64,000 nt of DNA, taken from Enoplolaimus lenunculus (lineage: Eukaryota). Both the position numbers and the translations under genes were made by a program. Positions 51,036 to 63,008 of the stretch are shown here, one piece after another (positions within the stretch are counted from its first letter, which is position 1; each line of letters starts with the position of its first letter). The stretch covers positions 1 to 64,000 of the forward strand of contig JASANG010002537.1 in the NCBI GenBank assembly GCA_030248215.1, written 5' to 3'. The notes under the pieces are model-generated. The model was given only the letters and a program-made list of their open reading frames with translations, was not told where the DNA came from and searched no databases.

Positions 51036-54000
51036 CGTCAGCCATTGGAAATATCGAGGCCGATGGTTCTGAGTTCTTCGTTTACGGCTGGCATATTACA
51101 AGATGGCAATGTTTCAAATTCGAGTCAAGCTTCTGTTCAAGCGACGTCCCCTCGGCCGCGAAAGAAATACCGCGCACCCCCGCCTCCAAAGCATCTATCG
51201 AATACTGTGCTAAAATCTTCAACATCAGAGCTTTCTCTAGTAACGCATTTACCTAGCGACTGCTATTCTGTATTGCCGCAAACTGAAATAAATCTTGAAC
51301 CAGCAAACCCGAAAATAGCATCCAACAAAAATACCTTCATCTCTGAGAAAAATGAAAAGCTTTGGAAACCGGTTATGGCCCCTATTCCGGCTCCGAACCG
51401 TGAAAAAATCACGACCAATACGTTGCGGGTAACGCGTGAACAAAGTAGCGGTCTGGGCGGAACTACAAATTCCGAAGTAGTTGAGACAAGAGTTGTGGAA
51501 AATAGCGTTTCAACAAAATTTGTTCAGCATGGTCATCTGCAAGACAGACTTGCCCGAACGATGGAACCTAACAACAATATTACTACCAAACTCCTCGCCA
51601 CTGAATCTCACTCAAATAATAATAATTCCGATTCAAATATGTCCAAATCAAAACAACTGGATACAGATGTGTCGAAAACGTCATCCAATGAAAGTCGATT
51701 TTCAAAATCAAACTTTACGCCATTGGTTAATTTTTCAAAACCTTCCGCTCAGAAAAAAATACGAGCACCTCCTCCACCAATTGAAAACAAACAACAACAC
51801 ATGGATGCAACTCATAGCCAACCAATTAGATTACTAGCCGTCAAAGTTTCGCACTCAAATTCAGATGTCAAAACAGATATGAAAGATGCGAACTACAATG
51901 TGGGTAAGATCGACGTATAGTTTTGCAGTCAAAGTGTTGTGCAACAAAGCTTTAACTTTTTTGCCATATACAGTTCAAAGGATTCGAACACAGAACCCAC
52001 AACCAAAATGGTTAAACTAAATTTTCGTATTTTAGGCCAATATTAATTCGCAAAGTGAAACTGTTTCAAACAATAATTTTGCGTACTTGTTTACTTCCAC
52101 TTCCAACGTGAAGTCTCCCCACGCATACCGAACACCAAGTCTAAAACTAAAAATAAAGCTGAGACTAAAACCTAAACATGAGCCTAGGTCTAAGCACGTG
52201 ATAATCTAATAAAAATACTTAGGGGTGAACTTTCGCTTTCTATTACGTTGACACAATTAGGCTACAGAAAAAAGCTCAAAGAAACATTTGCCCGTATTCC
52301 TAACTATGTAACGCACCTATATATACTTGCAGTTGGTGGTCAAGTTTCAAACCAGGGAATCGTGAGGTTTAAAATTCTGCTCATTTTCGAATTTGATTTG
52401 CCCTATACATCTGCGTTAAACTGGAGTTTTTTTACTACGGTAGTACCATTGTTGGAAAATTCATTACTCATATTAATTTTTTCAATGCTCTGAAAGCAAG
52501 TTGGCTGTGTGTTTTTGAAGTCAAACTTTAAAAACCTGGGCAAGTTTTCTCTATCAATCACCTTCTAAAGCAGCAAAGGGCCACTTCAGAACAAATATTA
52601 CGGTGGAATTTATGTAGAAATATTAATGGAATTGCTATAATTCAAGTTATGAGTTTACAGGGACGGCAATATAAACTACCCGTTTTAAGTACTTGAATCT
52701 GATTTATTTAGCAGCGATTTACTTTTTGAAATTATTTCGCAATTGCAGAAACGCACGCATAGTTTAAAGTGTTTTCTGTAATTTGATTAGATAATTAGTT
52801 GCGTCGCAGTGAGAAAATTAATTTGAGGAAGCTTGCAAGTTGTAAAAGAATACAGTTTGTGTAAAGAATGTCTTGCGCGTTTGTGTAGTGCCCACCCTCA
52901 GGGGTGTTAGGCAATATATACCCCCTACCTAAAATCAAAAAGGATAATGATATGAAAAATGATTTTTTTGCGTTTTAGATCAACTTGCATCTCAGAGGTC
53001 ACGGTCCAAGAAAAGATCGGAACGTTTTTCTGCATTTAAAAATCAGGGGCGGAAAGTTTTTCTGATGGACGATGATAGAGTAATACTTGAGCTTTAGACT
53101 AATTTTTTGCTAGGTTTAGACTTAAGTATATATAAGCTCATTCATACACCTAAGTTTAGGCTTAGGTTAATTAATATGCTTATACTACTGTCACGGCCTT
53201 GTTCTATACATTGGTCTAGGTCACAAATATTTCTTCGGCGACTACGCATGTAATAAAATATTTAACATGAGAATATTTCCTCTCACCATTGAGTCTTGGT
53301 TACAGAAGCGGATCCGGAAAAAATAAAAATTCATATGTTGTGGTTCATGGTATTGCTAGGGAATATCCGATAAGAATGACTGTCACGGGGACCCAATGAA
53401 CCCCCAAAACTGAATCCGCCCCTGGAATACTCCCCTTACCCGCCCTTTAGCATCGTTTGAACTATCACTTGGTGCTACATAGGGAATTTGTTGGTGAAGC
53501 TTGTTTCGAAAATATAATATCTTCCAGGCTAAAGTTCATTCTACAGGATTGGTCATCGCAGCTAGCATGTCATATAACCATATGAGCTGTTTATAGTGTC
53601 GAAACCTATTTTTTCATTTTTTCTTCTTCTTTTTTAGTATTTAAGTTTTTACGCTAAACATTAATAAAATGCAGGATCATTTAAAAACGAGTAAAAATTG
53701 TGAAACGCAGTTTGCATTACACTTGAACCAACAACATGTATGGCAACAACACAGCAGAGTTGAGCTGCAAAGTTTATAAGCATCCCATATATAACATCGT
53801 TTATATATTTAGTCAGAAACACTTAAACACACATAATAGCTCGAAAATGAATAGAAATTGCAGTGTAAGACAGGTCGAATACGAAATAAGTAGGGAAACA
53901 TCAGACAACTTGTAGCAAAATGTATCTAATTGTGCGAAATATCTTTATGCACATAATTGACGTATATTAACTACCTTTTATATGTTTCAACGTGTTGCTT

Positions 54001-57000
54001 TTTGTGCGTTTAAAATTATTTTGGTTTAGCTTTACGTGAACGCTGCTCTCAAGCAATTGTATTTTAGAACAACTGGTAAAGGTTTGATTGAGCAAATGAA
54101 ATCATAAGCAAAACAAAATTTAAAATTAATATTTGAAGGTGAATTTTCGCTTGACTGGCGATATTCTCAATCTGCTTCATTGTATTATCAACTTTTATCT
54201 ACAAGTTTACCTATTAAAACTTGTGGCCAATGTACGGAACAAGCTGTAACAGTAGTATATATATATATGCGTAATCCTAAGCCTAAGCGTAAGAATGAGC
54301 TTAAGCCACGCTTAAGCGAAAGAATGAGTCTATGCGTACACTGCAGAAAATGGTGAGTCAAATTGGCTCTCTCCGAAATAGGCTTTTCCTGACTACACAA
54401 ACTGAGTCAAAATTCGACTCTACCACAGTCAAATTGAGTCGAATTTGACTCTGGCGGAGTTGAATTTTGACTCAATTTTGTGTAGTTCGGAAAAGCCCGT
54501 TTCGGAGAGAGTCGATTTGACTCACCACTTTTTGCAGTGTAACCCTAAGCCTAAGCCCAAGCAAAAACTTAGTGTAAAGCTTAAACTTACTGTATTGCAG
54601 TCCCGCGGAAAAACGTTCCGCCCCTGATCTTTGCATATACCTATGTCAAAGTTGTGAACAAATTTGAAAGTGTTCTTTTTTAATTTTTTGACTAGTGTTT
54701 TCGGCCAAAATTGCATTCGAATTCGTGTTTAATAAAAAACATATAGACGGATTATAATTGTGTGCATGAGTATGGGCAACATTTATGTGAACATAAAAAA
54801 ATTTTGCAGTACAATAGTTGATTGTCTTTGTCATTAAAGTCTTGAAATTTTGAAAATTAAAATCTAAAAAGTTTTCAATTGAAATTTTTTTAGCAGAAAA
54901 CCATTGTTTCAAATTTTATTGTTCGTTACAGCACCGATTATAGTATTTTATACAACACCGGGTGCCGGCGCAGCAAATGTAGATTTCAATGTTAACAAAA
55001 TACGTATTGTGCAATTCGACGTTTTCCTTCTTGTACTTTATTCTTGAGATTTTAAAAAAATCATATCAAAATGATTAGTGTTAACGTGGCCAGCTCACCT
55101 TGCTAGAAGGCTTACAATTTTTCAGGAGGGGCATACAAGCGTGTTCGTTAACTTACAAGCAAGGTTGCTATTTTCTAGTGAGGACAAATTTTTTCCCAGG
55201 CGGTGGGGCGCAGCCCCCATGCCCCTCTTTGCTACGGGCCAGAGTGTTAGGTTATCTTGTTATATTAATTGCGGAGTTGGACATAGTCAGAGGTCAACTT
55301 AGTTTTGTTATGGCATTTAGTTTCAATTATGTAAAAGTTTGTCGCTCAGTGACGAGCGCAGCTTGGTGTTAGAATTTAATTGGTTGTTTTGAAATACGCG
55401 AACATTTGTTACATAAGTTTTCGCTCGCCGTTAATGTTTATTTGGTTTACCACTCCAGTCGGATTAAATTCCTATTTATAATTAAATTTTGAATCCGAGC
55501 GATTGACAATCGACTTGCACACGGCAGTGGCGGATTCATAATTTTCTGATTGAAAAATTAGTTATTGTGTTTCGTAAAGTTACAGTTTTGAAGTGCGTTT
55601 TTAGCGAAGATTTTCCATGCTTAAAGATTTATAAGCTTCAGCTGAACTATTTGCGTTGCAACATTTTTAACTCCACAGCGCCAGCGGTGCGATGCATCTC
55701 CCCCTGGATGTGCCGCTGTGTCGCGCGACAGCGCCAGCGGTGCGATGCATCCCCCAGCCATCCGCAGCACCAAAGGGACGAACCCCCCCCCCCCCCCCCC
55801 ACACCCCCCCCCCCCCCCCTGGATGTGCCGCTGTGTCGCGCGACAGCGCCAGCGGTGCGATGCATGTCCCCCTGGATGTGCTGTAGTGTCGCGGTGCAGC
55901 ACCAAAGGGACGGAGTGACCGCTGCTCCAAGTTTTCAAAACCAAAATTTTGTATTAAGGTCTAATGTTGCAGTTGTGTTAAACTTCGGTATTGTTTCGTT
56001 CCCAGGGTTCTTTTCTCTGTTTCGTATTGCGCCATCCACGTATGTTCCCGTCATTTTGGGATCCGCTGCTCCAGTCGAGAAGTTTTGAGTCAACTCGTTC
56101 GAAAACTGTAGTTAACGCTACTGATATTTTAGAAATGGTAGCACTACTTTGTCAATGAATAGTGCTGTTGTTTTCAGTCATCCTTATGAAAAAATGTTTG
56201 TTTGGGCGAAAACCACTTGTGGGCATAAAGTTTAAAATTGCGCTCGAGTTCTGAAGTTGGAAAATTTTCTGCACTTGGGCGTAATCAAATTTTTGAAAAA
56301 CGAGGGGTTACTTTTTAGGAAAACGTGACGTTACTTTCTACGAAATTTTCGAACGGAATTTCTTGTGCTACAAACTGAAACAGTATCTAAAACACTTTAC
56401 AAAATTCCTAAAAGGGGATTAACCATCAATGCTACCACGGTGCCTATACGCTCTAGTTTGTGTTATTTTTTAAACTTATTTCACTCATTACTTATGAAAA
56501 TTAGTCAAAAGCTTATAAGTGGGCAGGTTTAAAGTTACTTTTTGTTGTATTATTGCACCATAACATTGATAAACGAAATAATATCAAACAATTCAAGGCT
56601 TCAAACAAAAATAGGACATAAAATTTGTTAATTTCAGAATAATCACCGAAGACTAGTGATAACAAATGTGGCCCAACGGAAATTAGAAACCATACTGTTT
56701 CGACGCCCTCGCTTGAAACTGACCATACTTCAACATATATAACTCCTACCTCAGACGTGCCCATCTTTCTAACCACATTAGCCTCTACCAAGCAAGCTAC
56801 CACCTATTCAACTATTAATAATTCTAACATACATTTTTTAAAACAACACAACAAGTTTTCTGTTTCATCTTCTGTTTTCGTTTCAGCCAATAAACACGCG
56901 GCTCAGCCTTGCAAACCGACACGGTTGTCGACTTTTAGTCCTGGACCAATAACTCAAAACGTTCAACGGGTCGCATTAGCCTTACAGGCATCCAGTAGTT

Positions 57001-60000
57001 GTGACGAGATTGGAGGTCAAATTGCTCAGGTGCAGTTTCACAAACAGTATAAGGGGTTGCGGAACAAATTACAACAACAACACCACCACCACCATCACTA
57101 CGACTATTATCAAGGACAACAGCACCATCAACTGCAACAACAACAACAACAACAGCAGCAGCAGCAACAACAACAAAAACAAGAACAAGAACAACAACAA
57201 CGACGACGACAACAACAACAACAGCAGCAGCAACAAAAACAAGAACAAGAACAACAACAACATTGCCTAAACGACGTAAACATTTCATCCAATTCCTGTA
57301 ATCCGAATATGCCCGTTGCCGAATCATTTCAGTTGAATGCTAAAATAATTCGCCGGTCTGAACAAAGACACGATGTCAACAACAAACTCCCGAGGCAGCA
57401 ATCATTGACGGCGGTGCTAAGCAAAGAATCAGCATCATGTGATGACCGCAACAAAGAATTAGAAATGAATATGTGGGATACCAATCGCAGTGACCCCTCT
57501 GTCAGGTCAGTACCTTTTGGAGTTGTAGCGAAAAATTCTTCAAAAGAATCTACAAATGCTGAACGAAGTAAAGAAAACGATGTGTGGAGTAACTATGGTA
57601 ACGATCGCTCCGACTGCAATAACGATTCTGGTATCCAACTTAGCGACATTTCGTCGTTGTCGGCAAGTCTCGCTTCGCCAATTATTAGTCCTTCTACTCC
57701 ATCTCGCGGTGAGCCGAGATTTCAGGACAGAGACAAATCTAGCGTCTCAAAAGACACAAAGTGCCCGGAGTCGGAGTTGAGCGTGAAGATCAAAGACGAA
57801 GAAATCACAAAAGAGGGGATAAACGAGAAAAAGTTGATGATGCAGCCTGGAAAAGCAGTAAGTCCAACGTCGCCAGTTTATAACCAACTGCAAACCGAAT
57901 ACGCATCACTGCAACAGTTGTTTGTCGAATGGCAACTACAAATCGACCAACAAAAATACGCCGCTGAGCGAGGTTTGCTGTTTCCGGTATCGGCCCTGGT
58001 TGATTTTCAAGCATTGCAAGATCGCCTGTACCAACAGCATGCGCATGTTCAAAAGTTATGTCTGGATCTTGCGGATGCTCAGAGGTCATGCTCTCCGCCG
58101 TCAGAAACAAGCGACAAAAATGGAACAAGCGACGAAAAAAATTTGTGCTGTCAACAAGTCGAACATGCAGTGATAAACCCTGGATCTAAAAATGGCCCTG
58201 GTGTAGAGCGAGATATGTCAGTTACTGCTGAAGACCGGGGAAAGCTGCAACAAACGGGACGAAATACAAAAGTTTGTGAGCGACAAATGAACGAAAACGC
58301 AGTTGAAAACATACAAACTTTCAGCTCACATCAGAACTCTGCTCAGCTCAAATCAAACTTCACAACTACCAATTCGGCGAAATCCAAACTGACACTGAAG
58401 TCAATACCAGAACGAAAATCGGTTGGAAATTATCGACAACAAAACGAAACAAAAGAAGAGCTCGAAAAAGCAAATACGCAACAACAGCAACCGCTAAGTT
58501 TTGCCGAAGAAATATCGTTGCGAGCAAAGGCAGCTGGAGCGCAGGCTAGGTTTAATTCAACGATGCCATTAAACTTCGACGTTCGCACGGAAGATCATGA
58601 GCAAAACAGGGTTGGTATGACTTATTCCGTGTATGGATCAAATCGAAAAGGCCTGGATGGTATCAACTTTCGCATGACAACATCTTATCATACAGAGGCG
58701 TTGGATTCCACAGCTACCACCACTGTGCCGCGACGCAGTTCAGTGGTCTCGGAACAAGCACAATCCAGGAAACCGCTACAAGATGGTGGTAGTGACACAT
58801 CAACTCCAGCTAGTCATCGAATTCCAGACATCATATGCGCAGATGAAAGCGGCGGAAGCCAAAGTACAAACCGAGCGGAGAAAGGTTTTCACAAGTCCGA
58901 CACAGTTGACGCTTCAAATTCAGCAACCAGTGAAATTGATACGTCAAGTGTAATTCGACCGAGTATGTTACGACTGAGCAGCAAGAAAAAGCATTCGCCC
59001 TCAGCTCAAAAATCAGCAAACGCAAATATGGCGAACGAAAATGCACCAAAGAATAAAGGTTCACCCCAAGAACGAATCTCACCTGGGACGCTTATTAAAG
59101 ATGTCATAGAAGCGCAAGAAATTAGAAATTTCACTCTCAAAGCATCGCCAAATTCTGTTCGCGGACCGAGTCAAAATCGTGAGGTTGGAGAAAGTAATCA
59201 GGTGCAGCTAAGCATGCGTGTTGAAAGCCACACTTTGGAGAGCGAAAATATTTCTTCAACAACGACGCGACATAGTGCTGTCGGTAATAAAGTTGAACTC
59301 AAGGTTCATGCAAACGGAAAAGCAACAACAGATGAGTCAGAACCGAAACCGATAGATTCCGCTTCAACCGATAGTATCAAGTCATCAAACCAAACTCGAA
59401 CCTCTTTAAATCCGAATAGCGCAAACCCAGAGTCCTTTGTAACTAAATCACCAAGTTCGAGTGATGCTAGCTGTTGTAGTACAGCGAGCACACGTAGCTC
59501 TGTTGGCAGTAAATCTAAATCTTATAACGTTTCTGTCCAGCGACATCAATCTGAACGTAGCTTTCAACTGAATTTATCGAATAATAAATCTCGAGACAAC
59601 GCAACAGCGAAAGGATCACCAGCTGGATGTCCTCCGAAGTTCGTCAAACTGAATTCACTCGATGACAATAGAGCGAGGAGTCCTGCAATCCAAATGACGG
59701 TCATTGGCAAGGACTCAGACTTAAAAACTGGGCAGGTTATCCGCGCTACTGATACGTCCGTTAGCGAAAAAACTAATCTTTCCTCGAAGTTAGATTGCAA
59801 GCAAAGCGTTCATATGTCAAACAAAGCACAACCCACCGCTGCTAATCTCTTGTTGGAATCAAATATTGCTCAAAATGGCGAAACTAAGTCACTGATCAAA
59901 ACACAAGAACATCCTAACGAAAACAAACTGAATAACTGTAATACACTGGACTCAAAGTCGTCAGATGAAGCACCGATAACAAACGGTTGTACAATTCCAA

Positions 60001-60790
60001 ATGCACCTCCGTTACCACCGCTATGTTTTGCGAAGGAGATGTTATCCGTCAAGCTAAGACCGTCACAGTCCATCAAAAGCCAGCAACGCAGTTGTTGTTC
60101 TGTCGACCGCGAAAAATTGGTAGCTAACTTAAACCAAGACAGATCATCTTCGTTCAGTTCTCGTCCAATCGAGGGCAGCCGAACTGACAATAATGCTAAT
60201 AAACGGTTGCCTGTCACAGCGTATGGTACAGTTAGTCCGCGTGATGAGTTACTGCAAGCGATACGTGCGTTTGGAGGTTCGAGTGGTCTGAAAAAGGTAG
60301 ACACACTGCATTGCTTCAGGGACAAAAGTTTAGTTTTTTAAAACGCTAAACATTGAAACAATTTTGGACACTTGTTCCAGCGTTAAAATTTAAAAAATAC
60401 TAAATGTGTGTAATTTAAGAGTTATGGTGCTTCACTTAGAAGATTTACGTATTGTTTCTTCGCCTTCCCCCCGCCCGTGTGCAATTCCGCAGCCGGAGAC
60501 ACCTCTGGTTGTGCTCTGATGTGTGCACGTTTTTTCGAAAATTTGGCCCATGTAAAGATCAAGACGAAGCGTTTTTCTGCGGGGTTACAATAGAGTAAGC
60601 TTAAGGATTAGACTAACTTTTTTGCTTAGGATTTACTCTTAGCTTTTATAGGTATATGCACAAGTTTACGGTTATGTTTAGGGATAGGTTTAGGAATATG
60701 CTTTATACTACTGTTACGGCCATGTTCTACAGATCATGTTATTATTTTTAGGCTCCACTCTCTGCTCAATCAACTGCCGGCGCAGTGTAG
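51036..60790 (+). CDS. Cordon-bleu (Cobl/COBLL1)-like protein: KRAP motifs, poly-Q, long Ser/Thr-rich disordered region, C-terminal WH2
   Basis: Exon 51036-51903 (KKYRAPPPP, KKIRAPPPP; phase-1 donor G|GTAAGA); exon 56887-60296 (strong ...CTTCTGTTTTCGTTTCAG phase-1 acceptor; PPLPP; PRDELLQAIRAFGGSSGLKK); exon 60752-60790 (APLSAQSTAGAV*). 5' end uncertain: ATG 51063 or unseen upstream exons. Confidence 0.75.
53003..53216 (-). mobile_element. TTAGGC-containing MITE, type A
   Basis: Reverse-oriented copy; TSD GAGGTCAC / TAGGTCAC. Confidence 0.75.
54339..54539. mobile_element. Palindromic CACTG MITE (2-bp TA TSD) nested in a TTAGGC MITE (~54225-54640)
   Basis: TA|CACTGCAGAAAATGGTGAGTCAAATT ... 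GATTTGACTCACCACTTTTTGCAGTG|TA; single ends at ~5560-5638 and ~16195-16258. Confidence 0.85.
55675..55912. repeat. GC-rich direct repeats around poly-C tracts
   Basis: ACAGCGCCAGCGGTGCGATGCAT three times and CCCCTGGATGTG three times; C18-ACA-C16 at 55783-55819. Confidence 0.85.
57071..57260 (+). repeat. Coding CAA/CAG microsatellite (poly-His / poly-Gln)
   Basis: Encodes QQQHHHHHH...Q-rich tract with a duplicated QKQEQEQQQ unit. Confidence 0.92.
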
Positions 60791-61491
60791 ACTTGTCAAA
60801 GTTACATATTTTGTCAGAGTGCATGAAAGAAGGACATCGTTGTTCCGGTTACACGTTTGCAATGATTGAACAAACGAATTGATTTAATTTTAAATGGAAA
60901 ATAACCAAATATTTGAAATTACGTTTGGTTACGGAAATAATTGATCTGTAGGTGCCGCCCGAATGTTAGACTACCTGAAAACTCAAGCAGCTGATCAATG
61001 TGTATCGAAACGTAGGTACTTCTGTAGTTTTCCACGCCACTACGCATGGGGGGAACCTTTTTGACTTATAACATAAATGTTTTGTTTTGCTATTTTAAAA
61101 ACTAGTTTCTAGTGCGAAATTTTTTCGTCAATTTTGCGTTAGATTTGTGAGGGAGGCTACTTAGTATCGTTTCAGATCGCAGTGTTTTTATGGGCGATAT
61201 TTTTGTGGCGGGAGGAACTTTTCCACTGCGGAGGGAAACTACAAAAGTGCCGAACAGAGTACTTCAAAGATAGGGTAATAGTGTCGACATTGAATGAAAT
61301 TTCAACGTCAAACTGACTGTAATCAGTAATGAACGGAAGGAACCACTAGCTAAAGAGTATGAGAATAAATTATTTCTTGTGTAACAGAAATATTTTGTAT
61401 ATAACAGTCACTTTTTTAACTAATTTATGCAAATTTGTTCAGTAACCTAAAAATACTGCGCACAGCTGGCTTAACTGAAGCATACTACCCA

Positions 61492-61686
61492 GGCCAATGT
61501 AGAGAACAGGGGCGGTACAGAAGCCTAAGCCTATGCATAAGTTTAAGCATAAAAATAAGTTTATTCCTAAGCCTAAGCCTAAGCCTAAGCCTAAGCCTAA
61601 GTAAAGCAAAAAATTAGTGTAAAGCTTAAGCTTATTCTATTCTAATCCTACAGAAAAACGTTCCGCCCCTGATCTTTACATGGGCC
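61492..61686 (+). mobile_element. TTAGGC-containing MITE, type A (well-preserved copy)
   Basis: GGCCAATGTAGAGA ... TCTTTACATGGGCC; TSD ACTACCCA / ACGACCCA; five tandem GCCTAA units internally. Confidence 0.88.
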
Positions 61687-62824
61687 ACGACCCAGATATG
61701 AGGGGTCACTGCATGGATAATTTGTTTTAACTCTTCAGAGAGCACCCTTCTCTCAACTCGGGTGCGGTGTCATGAAGTACTGTAGCCGTTGATTATGTGC
61801 TATTATGAATTTAGTGAAATTACAGTTGACTAATGAATTAAATTTTGTACTGATTTTAATTTGGTCCAGGAAGCACACAATATCTAGTTAGGATAATTCG
61901 CTTTTTATGGATGAATTAGTAATTTCGGACTGTATTCATTTACGGGCCACGGCAGTTTGGGCCACATTTTTTGATTCGTACCGCTGAATTTTATTTTCTG
62001 ATATTTCAAAAATTACTTTCAAAGTATTTTGCAATGCTTGTTTAACATTTTTGTTGTTGTGTAATGGTATATTTGTCAACGTAATTTTGGCTGTAAATTT
62101 AGAGAACAAGGAATTTAATCGTTTTTAAAAATGATAAATTTTTGAAGCATTTTCAGATGTGAACCATGCGCGCGGTATAAAACGGATGCAGTAAACTAAA
62201 AGCGGATTCTTAAGCCTATACGTCTAAAATCTAAGACTTAAAGCACAAAGGTTAATGCCGTGTTCATGATGTCTGACTTTGGTTCAAAACTGAACGCCCG
62301 TGAAAAAAGTGGGACCGAGACATAAAATCGACATCTAGATTTTGTTCTGTGTTGGTAACCTTTTGTATATTTTCTACTATTTTACAGTGAACTATTGTTT
62401 TATTCGTCCAATAAAACTGATATTTTAGCAAGCATCGTGGCTCGTTGACTAAATTTATTAATTTTTCTAACTTTTTGCTGTGTAAAACTCTAAAAATACT
62501 TAATATATTTTACACCATAAAAACACGGATAAATATTCATAAGAGTGCGTCCGACGCAGTTTATATCGGGAATTACGAAAAAAACTGTATTATCAAAGAC
62601 TATGTACAGAAGCGAAACTAAAATACCGCTTGACGCTCCTTCAATTGATAGTAACCCCTATAGAAAACCATATTCCCGATTTTATTTTAGAGCCAAAAAC
62701 AAGCAATAATATTGTATTTATATTTACTAAAAGACGGATCCAAAATAAGTTGACTCAGAATCGAGTCAGTAGGCGGTAAGACAAGCAGTCCAACATAAGT
62801 TTAATTTGTGGGCATAGTAACGAT

Positions 62825-63008
62825 GGCCCATGTTCCTTTAATGGGCGTCCAGGTTTCTGGTTGGTCGATAAAAGAGTAAGTTTAGATTCTAGATTACATT
62901 TTTTGCTTAGGCTTAGGCTTAGGACCACATTCTTGCAACGCTTAGGCTTAGGCTTAGATTTAGGAATACGCTTAATCTACTGTTATGCCCCTTAAAGTAG
63001 CATTGGCC
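62825..63008 (+). mobile_element. TTAGGC-containing MITE, type B
   Basis: GGCCCATGTT ... GCATTGGCC; perfect 8-bp TSD GTAACGAT (62817-62824, 63009-63016). Confidence 0.9.

Noticed and set aside
55567..56088. Pro-rich 173-aa ORF and overlapping ORFs
   Set aside because: Produced by GC-rich repeats and poly-C within an intron; open in several frames, with no convincing splice sites.
56640..56642. Stop-codon read-through of TAA into the >1200-codon open frame
   Set aside because: A stronger phase-compatible acceptor at 56886 bypasses the stop, so read-through is unnecessary.
56935..57327. Poly-Val, poly-Leu and poly-Asn ORFs
   Set aside because: Alternative-frame or antisense shadows of the CAA/CAG repeat.
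61567..61601. True telomere or chromosome-healing site
   Set aside because: Only about five GCCTAA units, lying inside a TIR- and TSD-bounded MITE.
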